A DNA stretch of 64,000 bases from Rotaria socialis. Lineage: Eukaryota. Positions 53,992-64,000 of this stretch are shown here, piece after piece; the stretch's first letter is position 1, and each line of letters starts with the position of its first letter. The DNA is taken from positions 1 to 64,000 of the forward strand of contig CAJNYD010000203.1 in NCBI GenBank assembly GCA_905331295.1, read 5' to 3'. A program made the translations under genes and the position numbers. The notes beneath the pieces were generated by a model. The model was not told the origin of the DNA, made no database searches, and worked only from the letters and a program-made list of their open reading frames with translations.

Positions 53992-54191
53992 GAAACGGTC
54001 TTTTTCTATTTGAATAGCAACAAGGAAATAGCATTTTATTAGCTCCAACTAATGATTCACCACCTGAACAAATGTATTTACAATGTTCAGTACAGGTACC
54101 TGGTCAACAACAGCCAATTCTTGCCTATGCACCAGTTACAATTCGTGGTAATGATGAATTAATCAAGAAGAAAAAGAAGAGACGTTCGTAG
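43999..54191 (+). CDS. Perlecan/UNC-52-like basement-membrane protein: signal peptide, LDLa, Ala/Thr/Asp mucin-like region, 3 Ig, 3 LDLa, Ig, laminin-EGF/laminin-B/laminin-EGF, about 7 Ig, basic tail
   Basis: Signal peptide [23 protein letters not shown]; LDLa motifs [32 protein letters not shown]; perlecan-type Ig [49 protein letters not shown]; stop after KKKKKRRS. Confidence 0.85.
46474..46512. repeat. (CAT)n microsatellite, intronic
   Basis: Directly visible. Confidence 0.9.
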
Positions 54192-57100
54192 ACAGCAAAA
54201 AAGATAAATAAACTTGTGTGAAACATCAATACACACTAGTCAACATAATGAACAACATTTTATTCTCATTGACATTATCTATTTTCGTAAAAACATCGTT
54301 CTCTTTTTCTTCAATTTCAAAATCTATTATAAAAAAAACACATTTTTTTCTTGCTTTGTAGTTTTTCTTTTATTTGATCGAAATGTTTTAGCATAGTTAG
54401 GCTCATCTGTGTGCTTGTGTGAATTGACTTTTTTTTTCTTTACTCGTCGTTTATTCTTGAGCGTCTTGTAACTGTAACACAGTGTCTTTTTTCACTTAAT
54501 TGCTAATGCCCAACGGTGTTCTTCTTCTCATTGCTGCTGCTGGTACTGTTGTTGTTTGTATCTGTTTTTTTTTTGACTAACTATATAAACATGATCTTAT
54601 AAACAAAATATTGTAAAGTAGTTTTTATTCATATACAAACATTTATTAAATAATTGACTTATTGACATATACTTGAATATTTACGTCAAATTATTTTAAA
54701 GATAACATCATATGGTGAATGTACGCACTTGAAGCTTCATGAAAACAAAACAATTCGATTTAGATGAAATCAAATTTATCTAATGCCTCTAAAGAGTGCC
54801 TTGCAGAAAGAAAATATCTGCATAGATCTTGATTTTGGCAAAAAAAAGAAGTAGACGTTTCTTTGTTCTTCTTGCTTTGGAAAGATAATAAGCGTGTAGG
54901 TCATTCTGTGAAGTATTAAAATCTAGTCGGAAAGAAGGGTGATAAATGTTGAGTACATTCTGAGTGATTTCATCAATATTTTATCTCAACAAGTTATCGA
55001 TATTAATTGACTATAAATAGTCATTTTCCTGTATCCCAATTCTTTTAAAATTCTCATTATTCAAATCTCAAATAGAACAAATTTTCAAAGAGTTAGCCGT
55101 AGTTTTATTTTTTACTCCAAATAATCTTGAAATCAATAGAATCACAAACTATGCAAGCGGTTAACATTTTTAACACTAGCTATTTCATATCTTTTGGAGC
55201 AATTATGAGGATTGTGACTGGATCTTTAACAATGTTGGTTATTATCACCATTGCTATCGTAATTATCTGCATAATGTAGAAAAACAAGCACTCGTATGGA
55301 TTCAACATACAGCTTATTCCACAGCTGCTGACTGCAATCAATCGAACGACATGAGTTATGACGTGGCATATGGCCAATTCCCTCAATTGAATGTTCTATT
55401 TCTTGTTTATCAACCGGAAAACATCTTTATAGCTTTTAGCAAAAAATTAGAAGTCTAAAAATAAACATGATATTTACTATGTTGTGTCTGTAATCGATGA
55501 AAAAATTCAATGTCAATGAAAAATGATAATTGTTTCACATAATTATTCATCGTCAATCTATACATGATATGTTTTTCAATAGAATTATTGGTAAAGTATG
55601 TCCATAGAAATGGAAAATTGTAGATTTGATTGAGTAGAAATAGCATGACAGAAAAGCACGTATTTTTGTTTGTTTGCAGTATCTCTGTAATGTGGTCTTA
55701 TAAAACAAAACAGATAAATTTCTTCCTTCATAATCATTATAGAACTTTGTTCGATTGTTTCTCCACTAAATATTATGAATGATTTCGTGTCACTTGTCTT
55801 TGTTTGATATGACATTTCGAAGTAATCATACGCTTAGCATGTCATACTCTGTGAAATCCTCTGTTAAATCAAATGATTAATTGTTAAGTAAAGGAAATCT
55901 AATCAAGCACAAGCATGGATTCGATTAGTCGCAACTGATAATTTTGTTTTTCGTAAAAAATTTTTCAATATGATTATTTTTCGATTAATTCAATTGACAA
56001 AATATTAAATTCTTCTGTTTGGAGAATATTCATTAGTTATGATTCCGACTTATTTAAAACAATGAAAAAATTCCAATCCAATCATCAATAAAATATCTCG
56101 TTTTTTCTTCATTTAAGTAGAACATGATAAAAGTCTAATTCAATCAATTAGTGGTACAATTTATTTGTGCATCTTTCATTTCATCAGACTATCATGTTGT
56201 TTGATGAAATTTACACACAAAGAACTGCGAAGGATGACGGTGCTGTGACTGAAATGAACATAATTATTTCGGACAACGAGAGTTTCGTCAATTATACACA
56301 ATCATGACATTTGATATAAGAACAATTGTATGCGAACGGTTCGAGTCAAGAAGTAGAGAAGAGCTTCAATAACGCCAACACATTTTTTCCTTCTTCTATA
56401 ATATACAGCATTTGGGTTAGGCACAAATAATAATTATAGAAGCAACTATCTTCTTCTTTATAATGTTTTCTATATCAAGATTTTGTAGGTTAATTATGGT
56501 GAGAACATTTAAAAAAACGGAACATCACTGCTTCTAGAGGCTGAAAGACTCTGTTAGAAGTATTTCTGGGTAATGCCGGTGTTAGGGATAAATGAGTCTG
56601 AAGAAACTACTGTGTCATTTTATATCGTGCAGTTATCTCTTAAAATATTAAAAGTGTTGCAAAAGTCAAGTAAAAATTCATTTTTTCATTTTTTGTCATA
56701 CTTTTAATTTCTCAAGAAAAGCTCGTAGGCGATGCAGTAAAACGACATTTTTTTCAAAATTTCGTACACTTTAAAGTTAACTTTTGTGAAGCAGCTTCGA
56801 TGAAGTTCGCCGAAAGCTACTGCATCAAGTTGGCGTTTTTTTAGAAGCGTCATCATCATAAGACAAACATTATAGGAAAAACTAATGATAGACTGTTGCT
56901 TGCATTTTTTCGAACACTTTGTACGAGAACTGATAATCAATTTTAATTATGTGTTGATGAAAATCATTCTAGTATTGAAGGTAAACATAGCTACTACAAT
57001 ATAAACTATTGAAAATGATAAAATCACAAATTCAAAAGAATAAAATATGAATGCCAGATAGTTTGAATTCAAAATCACTGAAAACAGTAATCTAAACAAG

Positions 57101-57849
57101 TCAAGTCAATTATGATCAATATCAACGAACAACAAAAATCATCACGCAAGAATTAACTGCATAGCTACATAATATTCCATTACTGAACATTCTATTTACG
57201 GTTATTTTGATTCTGATTCCATGGCATTGCGCGCAGCTATGCATATCCAGATATAATTTCTGTATCGACCAAAAGAATCCCTAGAACGTTAAAGTTCTGA
57301 TCAATATCAACGCTATTCAAAGACAAATCAAACATCAATAACATCTAAATCTTAAAACTCACTGGAGAGTGAAGCATCGTTAACATAGAGAACTTTCAAA
57401 ACTTGAAAATGAAAGTTATGTTGTCATTTACTAAATATTCGCTTTCTTTCACTTTCTCATAAACTCATGTTTTTTTCTGTAACATGTGTTGTTACGTATC
57501 ACGTTCCGTCTACATAGACAAAACAATAGCACGATTTACAAATTTCTATCAAACTTTAAAATACGGTCAATAAGAAAAAATTGTTGCCAGTTTCAACTGA
57601 AAATAGTGGCTTCTGTTGAATAAATATACTAAAAGCTTGGCGGTATTCATCGAAATTCTGCTTTCTTTCTAGCTTTACATTTAATGCATTGTTTATTTAG
57701 TTAAATACATAAAAGGGAGAGATGTTTTCGTCATTGCCTGTTTTACTTTTCATTTCTTCTCATTCTCTCCAAGCATAGTTCGTTAAAAAAATATAAAAAC
57801 TTTCTTTTTTTCATCGGTTAAAACTAAACATATTCTTTAAACTTTGTCA

Positions 57850-58236
57850 ATGTCGTCTTCGGGAAGTTTAGGCACAGGTGATATTATTGGTATTTCTGTG
57901 GGTGGCGTACTAGCAGTAGTTTCTATCATTGGAATTATTGTGACATGTTATAGTTTATGCTGTAATAATAAAAGTCAATCAAAAGTCCAGCCGAATCCTT
58001 CATACCGAAATCAACCGAATCCTTCATACCGAAATCAACCGAATCTTTCATACCAAGCTCAACCGAATCCTTCATACCAAGCTCAACCGAATCCTTTGTA
58101 CCAAAATCAACCGAATCCTTATGGTCAACAGATAAATCATGGCTACTACGCACAACAGCAGCCATGGCCTCCACAACAACAATATGGGAATCTGGGTCAG
58201 ATGAGTAATGGACAAAGACCGGTTTATCAGTATTAA
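57850..58236 (+). CDS. Small single-pass membrane protein with a juxtamembrane Cys cluster and a Pro/Gln/Tyr-rich tail (QPNPSY repeats), intronless
   Basis: TM IIGISVGGVLAVVSIIGIIVTCYSLCC; six 21-bp repeats at ~57988-58123. Confidence 0.75.
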   Translation: MSSSGSLGTGDIIGISVGGVLAVVSIIGIIVTCYSLCCNNKSQSKVQPNPSYRNQPNPSYRNQPNLSYQAQPNPSYQAQPNPLYQNQPNPYGQQINHGYYAQQQPWPPQQQYGNLGQMSNGQRPVYQY

Positions 58237-59273
58237 AAGGCAAATTATTAATTCAAATGATTTATTCGAGTCTTTTGATACTTTACGTTTGATAATATAA
58301 TCCACTGAACTAGTTTGCACTTTATACTGATTTTTATGTTTAATGTACAATTGTTTCAAAAGAATTTCAAAATTCTAATTTTCTATTAATTGTTTTGGAA
58401 AAGAAATAAACATATTAGAAAATAAACAGCAATCTGTTGTGCCTAATACACTGTAAGATAGAACTCCGATGAAAATCATTGCTCAATAAAATATCACATA
58501 ATGAATATCTATTTATTAGCCAGTACTTTAAAAAAAAACGTTTGAGATTAATTGCAACAAGTATGCTTACGCAACATCTGTAAAACCATCCGGTTCACAT
58601 TTTAACTGAATATTTTATATTATTCTATTTACTGACATGGCACAATTACGAGTTACTGATATTAGTTTTGAATAAAAATTAATAATGATTACAAGGTATC
58701 TAGAAATTATACGGGTTAGATTCTTTTAACACAAACCAATCCATCAATCATATGCGATATATATATGTGTGTAATGCAAACAGACTTGTCTTGAAGTTTT
58801 GCGATTTTGTACAATATTTTTCATGCAATTGTCACGTATGATTAATTCTATTTTTGGGAGGAATAGCATCATGGAGAACAATTTACAGACAAATATTTAA
58901 ATAGAAACCTTTGATCGAATTACATGTTTTTCTTAATCATGCTAATCAGATTACTATAGAGTTGAAAACTACTGTCAACTACAATAATAGGATGCATATG
59001 TAAGATAAACAGAATAGTACTTCCGTCATCAGATAATATTGCATATTTTACAAAATTTTCTGAATAACATTTATTATGATTTTCTATATAAATATAATAA
59101 CTATGAACATGATTTGTTTCCTTTTTCTTTGCTTTAATAAATTAATTACGGCAATAATTGAATTCAAAATTTTTCGATATATAATGTTCTCAAGAGAAAA
59201 AATCTTTTCTTTTCATCATTTCATATCGAGTATTGTTTTGCTTTTTAAATATAAGAACTAATGAAGTGTTATT

Positions 59274-59306
<33 letters not shown>
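59274..59306. repeat. (TTG)n microsatellite
   Basis: Directly visible. Confidence 0.9.
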
Positions 59307-59307
<1 letters not shown>

Positions 59308-59853
59308 TCAAAATACGAATAGCTAGTTGCCATTATATATAATTCAATCAATATTCTCTTACAAGAGAAAAATCATTTCTTTTTAATACACATTAAGTAT
59401 AAGAAGTGTATGTGAAGATTCTCCGTGGATAGAAAAGGAAATAAAATGAAAAATTATAACAATAAAACAACCTAACTATTATGCACGAGCAATTGTTCAT
59501 AATCGGAAGAATATTTTGAGCTACTATTTTCCGATGTTAAATGCATTCAAATTTCCTCTCGAGTTTGTGTTTCTTGAAATCTATACTTCATGCAATATAG
59601 AATATTCTAAAGCAACTTGAACTCGGTTATAGTGGTAATACTTAGTGTTCAATTGAAACAAAAATAAAATAGAAGAATATGTGGATGTCGTTTTTTTCCT
59701 AGGCTGCCTCTTTTATCAAATAGATAGAGCACAAACAAAATGATGTTGTTAGTATTAGTATTATTATGGTTCAATGATGACAAAAGACAATAATAATGAA
59801 AAGGGCATTGTTCATTTAATACTTTTGTGTGCTGTTGATAATGTACAGACAGT

Positions 59854-60316
59854 TCAGCCCAATATTCCATATTGTGGGCGGCCAGCACGTCTCTCTCGTA
59901 CTTCATATAACCAATCTGCAAGATTACTATCAGTTTGTGCCTCTAAAATTGAAATTGATATAATAAAAATTTAAAAAAACATAAAAAATTGAAACATACC
60001 GTCCGATCGTCTGCCCAAATAGCCATAAGAATAACGTTTACCGAGTACGCCGAATCTAAGATGTTGACGACGAGATGGTCGTGAGATGAATTTATGTGCC
60101 GCTGCTTTTTCTACATCCTGTTTGTTTAGTAATATTTCGTCGCTTTCTGTACTTTTAGTCATGGAGTCATCATTGATTAATCCAGCAGCATCTAAACAAT
60201 TATGTCCAATAAGAATATATTCCAGACAAAAAGAAATACTCGCCTGTAAATGCAAGGTTCAATACAAGCACCAACAGAACACTGACAATTATCAAAGGAT
60301 TTGATGAAAGCTTCAT
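59854..60316 (-). CDS. Neuropeptide precursor (117 aa) yielding three predicted amidated peptides ending [F/Y]GxL-NH2
   Basis: Exons 60316-60244, 60191-60000 and 59942-59854. Signal peptide MKLSSNPLIIVSVLLVLVLNLAFTDA, then RR-QHLRFGVL-GKR-YSYGYL-GRR and RR-AGRPQYGIL-G*. First intron is GC-AG. Confidence 0.82.
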
Positions 60317-62005
60317 ATTTTTAAACACTATCTAAAAATTGAAAAGAAAAAGTAAAGAAACATATTCAGAAGAGCTTTTTGGAAATCAATCACAGTCCGC
60401 ACCGTCTAATCATCTATTTGGACATTTTGTATATATTTAGGTAGGAAGATGACCAACAAAATGAAATCAAATACAAGAAGTCATCGAATGTTTATTTGGA
60501 TGACAAATATTGATCGATGAGAAAAAGAAGATCAGTAGTCAATACTTACGGATTGATTTCATTTGATTTACTACCATCTCTTACTAGTCGTTTTCTCTTT
60601 CTCTTTCTCTTTCTCTTTCTCTCTTTCCCTTTATTCCATTAGCATTGGTCATTGCATCCTCTTACGTACTTCTATGAAGTTCTCGCTCGTTTATTATTGT
60701 ATTTAACTTTGTCTACTCGGAGTCAAGTAGCACAATATATATATATATATATACAGAGGAGAACTTCGCTAAAAAAATTATATGATAGAGAAAAAAAGGC
60801 AGCTATGCACAAATGAGAGTGCTTTAATCTACATCTTATATAGATACTAGCGGAAACATGATTAGTATCTAAGTACAATTTCATTTGACCTTAACGAGCT
60901 CTTTTCATGTCTAACATAACACAATCAATCATGAGTTAATTTGCTTTTCAAAAATCCTACATACATGATGTTATGTAAAATACCGAATTTTCAACTGTCT
61001 TATATCAAGAAGAACAATAGCGAAAATCAAATATTTAGAGCGAGAAAGAGAGAGAGAGAGAGAGCGAGATAGAAAAAACAACGCAACAGTAACTTTGTTG
61101 TTTGTTTTGTTTTAGTATGTCGAGATGAAGAGAAGATATGTCCTAGGAAACGAAACTGTTTCTATCTCCGACTAATTGAGCTCTTACAACTGCACATACA
61201 TTTTACATCTAATCATCTATATTGATTCATTCAGGACTGGGTTCAGAGCTTTTTCTTGTCTGCTAGCTAGAATATTTTTAACGAAGAATGAAAACGAGAA
61301 GAAAAAAACTGCTAACGTCTCATATATATATAAATTATTTTCCATGAATTTTTTCTTATTCATCACATCACGAAGTGATGCTAAAATAAAACTAATTTAC
61401 TACTTGAATGTAGAAGGATGCATTGTACTCCGACCGATTTTTCTCATTATTTGCAAAAAAAAACCTTTTCTCCAAAATGCATTTATATTATTTTCTTGAA
61501 GATGTGTTTAAAAAGTACCAATGACTTAATTGTGTATACGAAAGACACACACTCAATAATAGAAGCTTCTATATTTCGAAGTCGAATTCGTACGATTCTA
61601 ATGCCAAAATCTATATGCATGTGAAAGAATAGTAGACCCTATAATTGAATTTATATTTTTCGAGTCACTTAAAGGTTTTGTTTTACCGTATCCCGAAAAC
61701 ATAATCAATCTTGAAATGAATTGTAGCCTATTTTCACTAAGAGTGAATACCTAAAGAAAAATCAATCAAACTCTCTTTCATCTTATCGTCTAGCCTAACG
61801 ATAACGATATAGTGAAACAGTCGATAGGCAAAAGAAGTAACTTTGCGATTGGTCATTATTCAAAAACAAAATACGATACATAGGTAGTTAGACCATTTCA
61901 TGTTTTACCGACCATAATAATACTAATGATTGTATTTTGATAGTTTTAGTATTCTTTAGAGAAAACAAGCAGATTTCATATAAAATCTATTTGAAAAAAA
62001 ATGTA

Positions 62006-62921
62006 CTTAGATCTAACCAAAAGTTCTGCAATTTAAAAAAACCTAAAGAAAGAGAAAGTTCGAGGTTTATTTTATTAAATGTTGATGATCGTTGCCATGA
62101 TTGTATATTGTATCAAGTTGAATCCTTTCTAACAATTTGTTAAAAGCATTTTTGAACTCTTTTTCGAAAAAAACTTAGGCACCTTGAAGATCACATGGGT
62201 TAATCATAATTCATTGTTTTAAAATTTAGTGAAATTTTGTTCGATCATGGCAGTTGCACTCTAACACTACTAGTGATGGAATATGGATTTATTTTCGATA
62301 GGTTAGTCATAAGTCAACTGATGCTAGCTGGCTTATTGAAGATGAATCATCGAAGATTTTGTTCATGAAGACAGATTTTAACCAAAACTTTATTTAGTAT
62401 TTTCTTTAAATCAAATAGTCATCAGTGTAGGTAAAGGCAAGACTGTAGGTCACAAGTATTATATTGAAAATTGTCCGAAGCCTTTTGTTAATGGAATATG
62501 GAAACAAACAGAGATATCAAGGCCAAAATGTACAAAATTGCTGGACGATCATCGTTGACTTCATACTTATCCAATGTTATTAATTAGACGACAGAAGAAG
62601 GATTCAATAAAACGTCATACCCATCATATTCGCCAGGCCTGATACTATGTAACTTTTGGCTAACCAATTCTATTGAACCTAGTTTAACTAATTAAATAAA
62701 TGAAATATGATTAGTTCATGTGGTATCTAAGGTGCCTAAACTTTTTTCGAAAAAGAGTTCAAAACAACTTTTAACAAATTGCTAGAAAGGATTCAATTTG
62801 ATATATATATATATATATAATCCTGGCAACTATCATCAACATTTAATAAAATAAAACTCCAACTCTTTTTCTCTTTTTCTTTAATTTTTTTTAAATTGTA
62901 GAACTTTTGACCAGGCCTAAG
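62006..62921 (+). mobile_element. Internally deleted, decayed mariner element with long (~210 bp) TIRs
   Basis: ~62006-62213 is an imperfect inverse of ~62700-62921, with TA on both flanks. Internal remnants are PKTLFSIFFKSN and YPSYSPGLILCNFWL (a degenerate HPPYSPDLAPCDFWLF). Confidence 0.85.
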
Positions 62922-63179
62922 TATTTATCAGTTATACGAGAATATTTTAGATTTAATTGAATACATTCTTTTTTTGAAAATTTATTGAATCAATGCTATA
63001 TATCACGCTGCGCAGCAATCTTTGTTCAAATATCTGAATTCATCATTTAATAGAAATCATTGTTTATATTCTATCAAAGAATATTTCTTTACCTCAATGG
63101 AGCAATCATTGTTTGTCCGAATACAATTACACCGCAACCTCTTGAACAATTTGCCAATAACAGATATAAAAGTTGTAGG

Positions 63180-64000
63180 TAGAGCCCTGCAAACATACCC
63201 GGAACCGGAACCGGACCCAACCGGGTTCAGTTCCGGTTTCAAAAACTTGAATGTCATCGGGTACGGCTCCGGTTCCGAGTCAAAAAATTTACTTTGATCG
63301 GGTCCGGGTTCGGGTTCAAAAAGGAATATATTATATATATGTAGATAAATATTTTTGACGTTAAGTATAATTTATATTTTATTCAAAAAGTAATGTTTAA
63401 TTTTTCCATATAAAAATATTACAAAAACAACAAAAAAATCTTCCAGATTAAAATATAAAAATCTGACTAACATAATAAATCTATTGTTCAAATAATGGTT
63501 CATCTGATTCAATACTACTATCAGTGAATTTATCACTTCATTCGAAGAATAATCACTGTCACTATTTTGTTTTGTTCGTTTAATTATTATAGATAGTAAA
63601 GAATTGTTTTTGTCATCAATAAATAAATTTTGTTCATCATTAATTGTCGATTTTTTTCTTTTTAATTGATGCATCTTCATCTATTCGTTGTAAAGAAAGA
63701 AGATTTTTTTGAAGAAACAGCAATTCATTAACTTTTTTCCCGCTTAAACTAGTTCGTCGATCTGTAACAGTGTTTTTTTGATGATGAGAATAACCTTTCA
63801 ACTGTTGTGTTTGAAGTTGGTATTGCAAAAAAGTCGCGTACCATTGATGATAACATTGGAAATAATTCCGTATTTTCTTTCCAAAAAAATAGTACATCAT
63901 CATCTTCACGAAATTGTATCTCTAATGACATGTAATTATCTAATTCACTTGTTGGTGTTAAAGCTGGTTTCGGAATTAATGGTACTTGATTAAAACAACG
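63180..64000 (-). mobile_element. hAT transposon 3' end with a frameshifted C-terminal dimerisation domain (runs off the window)
   Basis: FWKENTELFPMLSSMVRDFFAIPTSNTTVERLFSSSK / NTVTDRRTSL...NELLFLQKN split over two frames. Terminus TAGAGCCCTGCA at 63180 with ACCGGA/TCCGGT subterminal repeats. Confidence 0.9.

Noticed and set aside
63022..63297. PEPEPD / GSGSG ORFs
   Set aside because: Translations of hAT subterminal ACCGGA repeats.

Overview
AT-rich eukaryotic animal DNA with mostly 50-65 nt GT-AG introns. It is most likely from a bdelloid rotifer; this is inferred from the Athena-type retroelement, the F-box style, telomere-like TGTGGG hexamers and intron size. The first ~5.8 kb, set off by an N gap, is an accessory block. 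It holds the 3' end of an intron-containing, apparently endonuclease-less Penelope-like (Athena/Terminon-type) RT followed by a minimal hammerhead ribozyme, an intronless DUF2431/BMT5-like RNA methyltransferase with a (TDTDA)n tail, a charged 15-bp repeat ORF and an intronless RRM-DUF4326 fusion. The rest is a gene-rich host region: TBC1D25, a PP1 catalytic subunit whose GDIHG motif sits on a 12-nt microexon, a 117-aa gene missed by the ORF track, an aralar/citrin carrier head-to-head with a methyl-end fatty acid desaturase, a GT61 glycosyltransferase, a large perlecan-like gene lacking laminin-G domains, a small TM/PNPSY-repeat protein, and an amidated neuropeptide precursor needing a GC-AG intron. 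Interspersed are hAT, pogo/Tigger, mariner and Helentron/DINE-like elements and two pseudogenes. Gene models were built by eye and domain calls come from motif recognition, not database searches.
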